Translations under genes and position numbers: made by a program | Assembly (NCBI GenBank): GCA_051362555.1 | Contig: CM120640.1 | Span: 5,518,001 to 5,582,000 of the forward strand | Reading direction: 5' to 3' | Length of the DNA stretch: 64,000 bases | DNA from: Lingula anatina | Taxonomy: Eukaryota; Animalia; Brachiopoda | Shown: positions 11,501 to 24,047 of the stretch, piece after piece | Layout of the letters: each line of letters begins with the position of its first letter | How positions within the stretch are numbered: position 1 is the stretch's first letter | Notes under the pieces: model-generated | What the model saw: only the letters and a program-made list of their open reading frames with translations | Databases searched by the model: none | Told to the model about the DNA's origin: nothing

Positions 11501-13579
11501 AGAAATTACATAACTTACTCGATAAACACCGGACTCCAGATATACACTGGCTTGCGTCCATTCTTGGGAACCAGTGTGGTTAACGGAGGAGTCCCATAGT
11601 TTAAGTCCATTCTTACCAATAAGGTGGAGATGCCCAACCGCCGGTCCTCTGAACACATACCAAAAGGTTATAGAAGTCGCTGTTCGCAGGTTCAACAAAC
11701 TGCTTTCTAGTTCGATTTCAGTCTGGCTATCCACACACATCATAGGTGTGGATGTTGTGTATGTGTAATAGAGATAACTCCCCTGTAGATCTGGATAACA
11801 GGGAAATTACACAACTTAGAATTAAAGTTTCAATATTTTGATACATTTGGATGACAGTATACATTGCAACAATGTTAACCACATAAAAGGTTGCCAGTCC
11901 AGCAGTAGGTCATCCACATTAATGAAAAGCAACGCAAGAGGCAATCAGAACTTGAAAAACAGCAATTTACAGTTTAGTGTACGAGTAACGATAATGACCA
12001 TTGGCAATGTTCTTACTTTGAAGGGTGTGGTCATCGCCCGGTCCTGAGAATCTACTACTATCATGAGGGAGTTTAACGGCCAGTTTTCTCATGTGCCAGA
12101 TCCCCCATCCTTGTTGTGGGTCATCACTGACGTTGTGCCAACCACATGGTCCGTCCTCAAATGAACAAGACACCCGGGTGTGCAGGCAACCTAGAGTGAT
12201 GAATCAATATTCATAACAAAAGTGTTATTTTATCCAGATAGTACAGATCAATGTTTACAAGCACAAGACAAAAAACATTAAAAACCATTTGCATAGTTAA
12301 GGCTTTTGAAACATATAGCAGCGGCATGAAGAGTTTTTAGAAGACTTTACATACTACATAATAACATAAATTGCAAACATTATCTGTTTAATTAAAAAAA
12401 TTAATTTAAATATTAAAAAAACTCTTAAACTTAATATCTCATTGTTTTGTATGTCCAAAAAGAATACTTAATAAGATTATACATGATTTCTCAACCAGAT
12501 GTCAAATATTGTTCAGAAACCTAAAGAATACTTACATGCTGTTGTTCTGGTAGTTGGGTTTTTGCTTTTGCTCAAATCAGCTGCTGTTGATGTCTCTAAA
12601 GACAGTGTTGTTCTGGTAGTTGGTCTTTTTGTCTTGCTCAATTCAGCTCCTCCTGATGTCTCTAAAGGCAGCACTGATGTTCTGTCTGATTGCGTTGCTG
12701 TGATTGTGGCCAGAGGTTTCCCCTTTAGTAATATGCCGTCGATTGCAATATCATTATACAATGTATATTTGTAGCTTGCTTTGAATTTTAACTAGAAATA
12801 TAAACAAATACAAAGTTTCCTGTAAGAAAAATTAACATATGGAAAAACTGTCATTGGTGAAAGAGTTAATTCCAAATTGGAAAAATTAAGCCCCGCAAAT
12901 GGAAAATTGCCAGAATTCATATTCTTTGATAATATTCTTTATTCAACAGATAGCTTCATCATTTCCTACAACATTCAGTCTATATATACTTACTCCATTA
13001 ACACCAGTCTCTTGCTGGACACTGGCTTGCATCCACTCCTGGGAACCAGTATGACTAACAGAGGAGTCCCAAGGTAAAACTCCATTCTTACCAAAACGGT
13101 CCAAGTGGCTGGCAAACCGTCCTTTTAACATATACCATAATGACAGTGCTGTTGTTCTGGTGGTTGGTTTTTTGCTCTTGCTCAATTCATCTGCTGTCGA
13201 TGTCTCTAAAGGCAGTGCTGTTGTTTTGGTGGTTGGTTTTTTGCTCTTGCTCAACTCAGCTGCTGTCGATGTCTCTGAAGACAGTGCTGTTGTTCTGGTG
13301 GTTGGCCTTTTCGTCTTGCTTAATTCAGCTCCAGTTGATGTCTCTAAACGCAGCACTGTTGTCATTGTGTCCAAAGGTTCTCTTTCTAGGATTATGTCGT
13401 CGATCGCAATATCATTATGCGTTGTAAGCGTGCAGCTTGCTTTGAATGTTAACTGGAACAGAATAGAATATTCCCTGTACTGAAAATTGATACATAAAAC
13501 TCTGGCATCGATAAAAGAAGTAAAAAAAGAAGAAATTTCTAATTCAAGGGTGACCCCCCCCCCCCCCAGAAAAAAAGAA

Positions 13580-13612
<33 letters not shown>

Positions 13613-16600
13613 TAACGAAAAATAAAATTAACGAAAAACAAAAATAACAAATGCACGAGAAAAAATAATAGCATAGCTAATTGTTTCGACAAAAATTATA
13701 ATGTGAAAAATAGAAGAATAGAAAAAAATAGAAAAAATACAAGAAATATCAGCCCCAGTCAGGGACAGCCACACCCACAGTCGCACTTAAATCCCAGAGA
13801 GATATGCACATTCCCGGTTACTGGACTATCAATCCCAAAAGATTCACGATCCTTACTTTAATGATCTTGGAGGAGATACAGGAATTCACAACGGACAGAT
13901 TCACTGAGGCGTGGAAGAATGGATTGTCAAGATAACACGACCCCAGATCATATACATGTATTACTCAAACCCATTATAGAAGTGCAATTAAGGTTACAGG
14001 AATGCACTTAAAATATTTAGTGCAAACTGTATGATTATTTTAGGGTCCCACATTAGTAAGTTTGTATCAAAGTTTCACTTTCCTGGAATCATGAATAATA
14101 ACAAATAATTCTAATCCCAAAAAGGAACGGAAGGTTACTGTCACAAATGCAAAACGTCCAGCTGCGGAAACGTTTTACTCACTTTGAAAATTCAATCACC
14201 ACTGGATTTGTTCTTTCAATTATCTTCTATAACGTATAACGTTGTAAAAATTATGATAATCTTCTGTATTGAGCAGTTAATTGTTTTTGCGCGACTTTGT
14301 TTGTCACTGAATATATATAAAAAAAAGGGTGGGGTGGGGAATGCGCCCTACTGACAGTAAAATAAGCAATAAATAAACTATGTTCCAATCGTAGTCCAAA
14401 TATTGTATCAGAAATGTCAAATGATCATGGAATCACAATATAAATTTTCAGTCAGCAACAGAAAAACCGTTTCCTATTGCACCAAGTACTTAGGTAAGTC
14501 GAAACTTTCTGACAATTTTTCTGGGGAACATATGTTACATAGTATTAGCCATGAAAAAATAATAATAATAAAAAAATAACATCCTTACGCCATGTATAAT
14601 TTACCATGACTGAATCACTAAAAATATATCGAAATGCGATATAAAAATTAAAATTAAATGACCCAGAACATACGCTTGTCGCTTGTTAGATAATGTAAAG
14701 ACTTGGTGAAAATTAAAAATTAAATTAAAATTGAGACAGTAGTGGGTTTTTGTTCTATACTCATAAACATGTTTTAAGAATTGAATACAACTTTGAATTC
14801 ATTCAATTTTATTTATTTATTCATTTATTTATTTTTGAGTATGCGTGTATGTGAGTATGAGTATAGGCCCTACTTCAGTATATGAAATGCACCTCTGTAT
14901 TGGATTTGGGTGGTATATATGTTGTAATTATAACGACCAATATCACTTACTCGATATACACCGGGCTGTAGATGAACAATGGCTTGTGTCCAATCCTCAG
15001 AACTGGTGTGGTTAACAGAGGAGTCCCATAGTAAAACTTCGTTCTTACCAAAAAGGCGCAAGTGGCCGACTGTCCGTCCTTTTAACACATACCAGAAGCT
15101 AAGATTACCCGCTGTTGTTAGCTCCATCAAGCTACTTTCTAGTTGGATTTCTGTTTGGCTATCCAAGCACCTCATAATCGTAGACGTTGTGTATGTGTAA
15201 TAGAGATAACTCCCTTGTAGATCTGGAAAAGGGGGGATTGCAAAAATTAAAATGAACTTTTCAAAATTTTGATTCATTTGTTTTGATAGAATATCACAAC
15301 GCCATGGCAAGCAAAAATAAATAAATATAAATAAATGAAATTAAAAAGTTTGTACGTTCAGCAGTAGGTCACCCACATAAATGGAGAACACCTATGCAAG
15401 AGGCAATAAAAATAAAATTAAGGAAATGACCAATAAAATTGTTCCTACTTTGAAAGGTATGGTCATCATGAGGTCCTGAGAATCCAGTACTATCATGAGG
15501 GCGTTTAATGGTTTGTTTTTCCAAGTGCCAGATCCCCCATCCTTGTTGTGGGTCATCGCTGACGTTGTGCCAACCACATGGTCCGTCCTCAAACGAACAA
15601 GTCACCTGGGTGTGCAGGCAACCTGGAGTGATGAATTATCACAGTCAGTATTCAAAATTTCATTCACATTTTGTGATGTAACAGATGGACAGAGTAATGC
15701 TTACCATCAAAAAAAATAATAAATAAAAAAATAAAATAAAATAAAATAAAATAAACAAATAAATAAATAAATAAAATAAAAAAAATACAGGTAGCACAGG
15801 TAGTTTTTTTTTTTTTTTTTGAAAGATTTAGCAGCCCACAAGGTGAGTTTTTAAGATAATTTTATAAATCACGTAAAGTATGCAAATTACACATTTATAT
15901 CATGTTTTAAATCTACTACAGGAGTTCCAATAAATAATTTAAATAAATTAACCATTTTTGCAGCAAAATAATATATACTTAGTAAATTATTTCAACTGGA
16001 CGTCAAATATTGTTCACAAACATAAACTTTACTTACATGATGTGGTTTTGATATTTGGTATTTTTGTCCCGACTGATTCAAGTGTTGTTGTTGTTGTCTC
16101 TATGGGCAAAGGCAGCGTTTTTGTTCTGGTAGTTGGATTTTTTGTCTGACTAAGTTCAGCTCCAGTTGATGTCTCTAAAGGCATCGCTGTTGTTTCATCA
16201 GACTGTGTTGTTGTCATTGTGTCCAGAGGTTCTCCCTCTAGTACTATGTCGTCGATCGCAATATCATTGTACAGTGCATATTTGCAACTTGCTTTAAATG
16301 TTAACTAAAAATATAAACAAATACAATGATCCCTTTAAGGAAAACTCTTACCTGAAATAACATCATTGATGAAACAAGTTATTTCTTAATTTAACATGAA
16401 GGATCATGTACAACCTAATTTTTCCATTGCAAATGTGGATTGCCAGAATTCATATATCCAGTTGGGATAGAAAATTTACTGGTCCTATTTTAATTTTTCT
16501 TGTACTAAGGTACAACTCCAACCCTATGGTCATATTACTATTGTTCTTAATCTAATATGCATGATTATTATTTTGCATGTAAGAACTCATTAGAAAATTT

Positions 16601-18099
16601 TAATTCACGCTAAGAATATATTGAATAACTGCATTAGGATTCCCACCATGGTTATTAAAAAATCTGCACAAAAATTCATTTTGAAAAATTAGAAACATTC
16701 ATGAGAGAGCCGCATTTCTAGTCATACTAAAATTCCAAAGGGTGCATTAACATTTCTGTCGGTAAGTCCATAAATCCCCTAAGTTTTAGGTTCCTCATTT
16801 TAGTGGTCTCGCAGATACAGAGGAAATAACAATGGACGGACTCAATGACGCGCGGAAGAACGGATTGGTGGGATAAAATGATCTCCTGTTTACATGTACA
16901 CATTCTTTATAAATTTTAGTAATCAGCAGTATTTATAACTTACTCGATAAACTCCAGACTCTAGCTGGACACTGGCTTGCGTCCAATATTCGGAACCAGT
17001 GTGGTTAACGGAGGAGTCCCAAAGTTTAAGTCCGTTCTTACCAATAAGGTGGAGATGCCCAACTGCCGGTCCTCTGAACACATACCAGAAGGTAAAATTA
17101 GCCTCTGTAGTTAGGTCCAACAAACTGCTTTCTAGTTGGATCTCTGTTTCGTTTCGAGAACAATCACGCCGGGGTGGAGTGTAGCTGAAGGTGTAATAAA
17201 GATAACTCCCTTGTAGATCTGGAAAAGGAAAAATTCATCAAAACAAAACAAATATTTCAATTGCTATGTTTGAATGAAATTTGGACATGCCACGGTCAGA
17301 CATAGATAAATACATGATGAAATTGACAAATAAACAGAACGTAAAATGATGAATAAAATGAATTTTAAAAAATTAAAAATAAATGAAAACATGGTTGTAA
17401 GTCCAGCACTGGGTCACCCATACGAACTGATTGCAGCTATACAAGAGAAGGACATAAAGCTAAAACAAAAATTAATAAAGACCCAAGTTTGTCATGACGA
17501 ATTAAGGCCATCACCACTAGTAATGTTCTTACTTTGAAGGGTGTGGTCATCGTAGGGTCCTGAGAATCTATTTCTATCATGAGGGACTTTTAAGGTCTGC
17601 TTCCCCATGTGCCAGATCCCCCATCCTTGTTGTGGGTGATCACTGACGTTGTGCCAACCACATGGTCCGTCCTCAAATGAACAAGACACCTGGGTGTGCA
17701 CGGTACCTGGAGTGACGGATGATCTCAATCAATACTCATTCCGAAAGTACGTACTCACTTCGAGATATTACAGATGGACAGACCAATGATACACACACAA
17801 AAAACGATAACATCAGTATAATTAACGTTTTTGAAAAATAAAGCAGCCTTTATGGGTCTTTAAAGGCGGTGAACTACATAAAGAAAGTAATTTACACAAA
17901 CACATTCTATATAACATTTTAAAAACCTTTCTATTGAACTTCCAATCAATAGCTTTTTGTGATCCAGTGAAAAAATACATGATTATGTATATTAGCTCGA
18001 CTGGATGTCAAATATTCTCCAGAAACGTAAACATACAAAATTATTCAAATACTCACGGAAACAAAAGGCTAGAACACAAGCGACGTGTAGACAATTCAT
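11154..18099 (-). CDS. Multi-MAM protein, copy B: signal peptide, three full MAM domains plus one half domain, Thr-rich linkers, no TM (predicted secreted); 11 coding exons
   Basis: Exons 18099-18057, 17706-17533, 17218-16944, 16304-16037, 15622-15449, 15222-14951, 13452-12994, 12791-12536, 12190-12017, 11790-11519, 11255-11154; all GT/AG and in phase. It ends DIAIDDIVLVGEPLDTITAT* (TAA 11156-11154, where paralogous exons have a Gln codon). Confidence 0.82.
11451..11498. repeat. (AT)n microsatellite
   Basis: Pure AT run in an intron. Confidence 0.95.
13142..13350 (-). repeat. 69-bp (23-aa) coding tandem repeat of the mucin-like linker
   Basis: LETSTGAELSKTKRPTTRTTALS-like unit, three copies here, two at about 12536-12670, one at about 16115-16180. 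Confidence 0.9.
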
Positions 18100-18417
18100 C
18101 GATCTTTGAAAATATACTTCTTTGTCACCCGGACATCGCAGAAAATGCGGGAATGCAAGAGGAACACAGAACTGTGAGCAAACTTATAACTTGTTTAGTC
18201 AAAGATCTTTTTAAATCGCTTGGCGACCAAAGTAGATACCACAAGTCAATTAAGCGAATCTAGATACTGAGCGCCAGGGGTTCAGAGTTGCGTAGGCTTT
18301 CTTGTGTAAACAAGTGTTGAAGTGGCAGAAAGATAGCAGCTCGCAAATTGCGTAACAAAAATCAGAATTATGTCAAACAATTTTAACTTCTCAAACTTAA
18401 CCCCTGTTTTTTTTTTC

Positions 18418-18459
18418 GTGTGTGTCTGTGTGTGTGTGTGTGTGTGTGGGGGGGGGGGG
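18418..18459. repeat. (GT)n plus poly-G simple repeat
   Basis: Seen directly; the paralogous site near 5007 has only a short G-rich stretch. Confidence 0.85.
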
Positions 18460-20524
18460 TAAGTAGATCTCGCTCGAAAATATTTTGAAGAATGCTGCAG
18501 TGTACTGCTCTCTGGGCTGTCGTTGAATGTTACCTGTAGTCATTGTCTTCATTTACGGGCATTACGGACTTTTTAAAAACTTATATCGCAAGGAAATAAT
18601 TGCAGGAGACATGGGAATCAAGTGATATTTTGGAAAGTTCTGGTAAACATAATGACTATGGGAAGTGCCCGGAAGATGGTTGGTTTACCAGCTACCTATA
18701 AGCATCACAAGATGATGTCATTAACTTTCCCGGTGAATTCAATTGCTGTGATTGAGAGATAATACAGGGACAGTTATGAAGATAAATTATTTCAATGCAA
18801 ACAAAAATTTAATTCATGACTAAATAGATATGCAGGTATATATTAAGCTTGCTGATAACCAAATCCTTTCATCTTTGACAGTTCAAAAGGGTAAAAAGGT
18901 GGGATAAAGGGTAAAATCAACCGCGGGCAATTAGTATTACCAATTTGTAAAGTGCTCTTCGAAAAATCTCATCGATATTGTCTTTATGGTGTAATATTAA
19001 GAATCACTATGTTTTTATAGTTTAAAAGAATAGCCTAGTTTTTTCACACCTGTTCATGGGGATTTCATTCTAAATAAAAAAAAAGAGATAAAAAGGAGAG
19101 CCTTACTTACATGTATGAAAACATACATGTTATTTTGGCAACGACTGCGATACATGATCCTTCACACACACAAAAAAAAAAGATACCAAGTAAGCTTGTT
19201 TGAACTGAGCTTGGTTTTTACTCCCCAATAAGAGGAACAAATAATGAATTTAATTTTAAAGGAAGACGCAAGTTTATTACGAACACGTTGAAAATGGTCA
19301 GTGAAAAAAAAACCTCAAGAGTCACCTCGTAACTTGTTTCAAGTCCGGTAATGACTTGGCTTTGTTTGTGGTCTCCTTGGGCAGTGTTAAAAAGGGAGGC
19401 TTCTCGATTTCAAATCACGATTTCAAGTCAAATCTGAAAAAATATAAGAGGAGCGGAGGGCATTGGATTTTTATATACTTTACATCAAGGACAGTGCAGT
19501 GACATTTGTTTTCACACCTTCCCTCCCTCCAAAAATATTTAAACACGTTGATAAATTTTAGCAAAACAGTGTTAATCGATACATGAAAAGGTGTGAGCAA
19601 AATCTTAATGTTTAATAAGGGCAATTATTCAATATTTTTTCATAATTTTATGTCAAAATAAAGCAAGTTGAATACTTAAATTTTACTATTTCCCCCTTTT
19701 ATATTGATATTCTAGATTACGCAGAGAGGATCAGAATAGTGAAAATGCGTTTTGGTGCATTGTTATTAATGTATTAAAAAGGGAGTATAAATTCGGTACA
19801 ACAAGAACAGTTTCGAAAACAAGATTAAAGGGATAATAACTCTTCGTATGAGATCTATATTTCATAATAAAAACATTGTGAATAACTCATAGAAATATAA
19901 TATATTCTGTTTTACGACAAAAACAGCAGTTATAGCTATTATTCTGATATCTGAGCTTGTCTTCAGGCCACGTGACCTCCATTGATGGCTATACTCTGTT
20001 ATAATCTCTTATAATATGTCAATTTTTTAGAAAAAAAAAAAAAACAGGGACTAACTTTGAATGTAAAAATGGATTAATTAACCATTGGTAGGCTATGTAT
20101 GGGAAAATTGTTGTTTACTCCAGGAAAATTCATTTTTTGGCCAAAACGAAGAGTTATTATCCCTTTAAATTATCGTGGAGGATTTTAAGGGCAGTAGTTT
20201 GTCTTCTACAATTGGGGGATCAAAAAATTAACAATTTAGTAAGGTAGGCCCTATTTAGGCCCTATGTTTCTTGCGCTACTGAAGCTGTGTAAAAGGACAG
20301 CGAAATGTTTAATCTAATTAAAGTAGACGTAGTATTTATAAAAAATAGATTTCGATATTGGTCTAAAAGTTTGGATGAGTTTTTTTGTTCTTTTTTGACA
20401 GCCCTCGTGGAAACTGCAAAAGAAAGACGCCGCAAAGTTGTGACGCGCTAAACCTTCCTGCCGTCTCACATGACGTGTTTCTTCTGTGACGTAACTACCA
20501 GTCATCACAACCGCGGTCGACGAA

Positions 20525-23426
20525 ATGGTATGATAGGTTTCTTCTTTTTTTAAATATTTTCCTTGGTATTATCATCATGATAATCTCATCAAAGTCATTT
20601 TTTCAAAACACTTCAAAATGAAATAATGCGTAATTTTGTAAAATTTGCGTACACATTGCTGACTAACGATTAAGACGCCTTTTTATTATTTCTCTTTCTA
20701 AAAACTTGTGCATATTGATTGTCTGAAAATCAAACGTGACTGAACAACATTAATAAAAATTTATGATAAAATCATAAGAATCAGGTACATAGCAAAACAT
20801 TAAGTACTGGACAAATGACATTTCTTTTCCAGCCATGGCGCGGGCTGGGCAGACTGTTAGGTCGAGGCCGTCAGCAGCGGTACACTGTAACCGCAAACAG
20901 CGCTGTCGTCGAGCATAGAGATGAAGTGGCACAGACGGACGCACCTCTTGCTTTTACGTCGGACGCCCAACCTGTTGCTAAACAAACCAAAAACGCGTCT
21001 GTTCAAACAGAGGAACTAAGATTTCCCGTCAATGACAGTGCAAGGGTCGACGTAAAAGAATCTGATTATACAATTGCAGGTTATTTTCTATTCGTTAACA
21101 TGATATTAATCTCAAAGGCTGTTTCCCCCCAATATACTTGATCGGTAACTTAAATTTATATTAATTGTGATTTCCCCTTATTACAGCACATGACAGTACC
21201 GCAACCGTTGTTTAAAGTCGCATTAATCTTTCTTTTTTCAGAGGTGAGCCTTGGCATACTTCTTATCGGTATTTTAAGATGAACTATTTTCTTATTGCTG
21301 ATGTGAACTTGTAGGTTTAGTGAATTGGGAGGATCTTGACCTGTTTACAGTATCTCACTGTTGGCAAGTTGCCATGAACATCTTACCCTTGTATCAGTTT
21401 ACAATTTATCGACTTTAATCGAATTCTGGTCCGATTAAGAATTTATTAAGTGTCTTGTTTAGCTCCTTTAAGTCTAGATATCATATTGTAAGCCATAGGT
21501 GAGATAGACAAGGGACTATTTTACTGATAACACGGACCCCAGGGCAGGCCTTCCCTTAACCCAATATTTTTTCGTCCCTATGACATCAGTGGCTTCTTAA
21601 ATAGTAAACAAAATTTTAAGTGTGAGCGAAACAATAATTTTGCAACAGACTACTGGCGCACTCTATAGTCAAAGAGAATTTTTTTCGTTAGGCTACAACC
21701 TCTTTTTACGGCCGTGGGTGTATACTTTCCGAAAAGGGAGTGCTTTTTTCACAATGTATGTGATATGGGTGCGCCTCACGGGCCCAAATCATGGACGGAA
21801 AAATTGATCAAATACAAAGTGGGCAATATTTTTGTAATAAAAATATTATTAACATTAAATATTGAATGAACTTAATAGATATACGTTGTAAACATCTAAA
21901 TTCTCAACAATTTGGCTACGGCGGTAGTAAACTCACTTTTGAATGAAATCAAAAAATGGCCACGCAAATGCGCTGCAAGTATTTGGACTGAACAAGTGAA
22001 CTGAAGCTACCACTGAGCAGGAAACAGGGTCGAATACTCGTTTAAAATCTGTTTTCGCGACAGCAGTTCATCCCTTTGCACATGATTTATGCTATTTTAA
22101 AACTCATTTTATTTTGATCAATTTGCGCTTTTTATTTTGATTAATTTGCAAACATCTTGTCATTCATTTTTCTATATTTTAGATGATCAAGATCAAGGCA
22201 AAGATCCAATCACCCTCATTCAACTACCCGATGACGTCATACTCCATATATTACGTTTTGTTGCCATGGATTCCTCCTTTCTGTCCGTCCGCTGTGTTTG
22301 TAGGCGGTTGTTTAATTTGATGAAGGACCGCAGCCTGTGGTACAGAGATACATTGGAAGCCCATAATGACTTACCGCCTAAACTACTCCTTCAAGTCATG
22401 GAAATGTCGTCCAACATGCTCACCCACCTGGACACGTCATTTTGTTTGTCTGTTACTGACGAGTTTTTGGCTTGTCTCATCTCCAAGTGCCGCAGACTGT
22501 GTCATATTAATATAGCGGGTTGCTCTCTGGTCACCGACGCTGCAATACGACTAGTAGCCGACGCCGTTAAAAACCTGCGTACACTTATCATTAACGAATG
22601 CAGACTAATAACATGTGGGGCAATCCTGGATGCCGTTACGGCACACAAAGCAAGTTTGCAGCGGCTAGAAATGGCCAGGTGCTTGGGAATGCGACAGGAT
22701 CCGTATAAAGTGGGATACATAGCGGAACACTGTGCCAACGTCAAATACCTCAATATTTGCTGGTTCTCCAACTACAGCGAACATGCCCCTATACTGGACA
22801 TGGACGTCTGCAAGTACGCCATGCTCTGTCCATTCCTAGTCTCATTAGACCTTGGACATACCCACGCCACTGACCACTGCCTAGAAGTGGTCGCAGGGTG
22901 TTGTAAAAACCTGGAAACTCTCAGCATGGCTCAGTGTTTCGTCACCGACGTGGGGCTCACTAAAATCGGCAGGGGACTAAACAAGATGAAGTCTTTGAAC
23001 CTAGCAGACGGGCAGCACTTCGGCGATGCGGGCATGTTCACCATTTATAGAGAACTGAAGGCTCTAGAGTATCTCAATCTCACTCGATGTTTTCGTCTCA
23101 CAAACCAATGCATTCAGAACGTTCTCATTGAACTTCCCGCCTTAAAAACACTCATTCTGAAGCAGTGTTATAAACTCGACGACAGCGGGCTTCACCACCT
23201 GCTGATTAGGAACACTTCTCCCAGACTATATTACCTTGATGCCAGTTCTACGCTGATCACGAAGGCACTCATTGACAGAATACGTCAGGCTCGCCAGCAG
23301 TTGGTCATCAACTACCATGACTGTCCCTACACCAGACACGTGGACTGCTCACAATGGGGCGACTTTGACGCCCACGCCGCGGCACTGACCACTTTTGGTC
23401 TTTTTGAGGATCGTCATTCAGAATGA
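20525..23426 (+). CDS. F-box/leucine-rich-repeat protein (FBXL family, SCF substrate receptor); 3 coding exons
   Basis: ATG-only coding exon 20525-20527 (gtatga donor), exon 20833-21079 (phase 0 to 1), exon 22183-23426 (phase 1). F-box LIQLPDDVILHILRFV...VRCVCRRL...DRSLW followed by Cys-containing LRRs (LxxLxLxxCxxVTD). The two 5' exons are inferred from phase only. Confidence 0.9.
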
Positions 23427-23610
23427 AAATTGAAATATTTAGGGCGAACTTGCAACTTACATTTGTTTTAATCTTCATATTTCGCTTATCTATGTATTCC
23501 AACATGTGCTTCAATTTCCATTCTGTTCATTTGTTCCATTTTCTCTCGGTCCGCTTTCTTTACATTTTGTTATAAGGAACCACCCTTAAGTTCTGATGTT
23601 AAAGACCTTT

Positions 23611-23656
23611 AATAAAGAAAAATTACTAATGCTCTTCAATCAACTTACTTTTTATT
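23611..23656. terminator. Convergent poly(A) signals (AATAAA on + at 23611; on - at 23656-23651)
   Basis: Canonical hexamers between the FBXL and TIMM29 stop codons; usage not demonstrated. Confidence 0.45.
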
Positions 23657-24047
23657 TAAAAAAAACTTGAAACGATGCTCTGTTCATACAAAGACACCCA
23701 TGCTTTAGCTTCAAATACAGCACATCACTAAACGGTTCTGGTATTGGTATATTTCATATGGTATACCTGCCCTGTATATGAAAGTGTGGCCTTTGGAAAA
23801 GTTTGGGCCTAAGTCAGTCAACCTTCAATATGATGAATATACAGTCTTCAAATTTCACCAGAAGCCAGTCACATTAGTCTGACTCGATACTTGTAGCTAC
23901 AGTCAAAAAACATATTGGGGTAGCATTTTAAAATTAAATTGAAGGAGTTTATTAAAGAGAATCATAAATGTGCTAGTAAAATAGGAACAAATTGAAAAAC
24001 TGCAACATGTACATCAATTCTCCTAAAGAAATAAGTGTCCTCTTTCA

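Noticed and set aside
13735-13950. Old repeat fragment similar to about 16640-16890 in MAM introns
   Set aside because: Similarity is patchy and termini cannot be defined by eye, so it was not annotated as an element.
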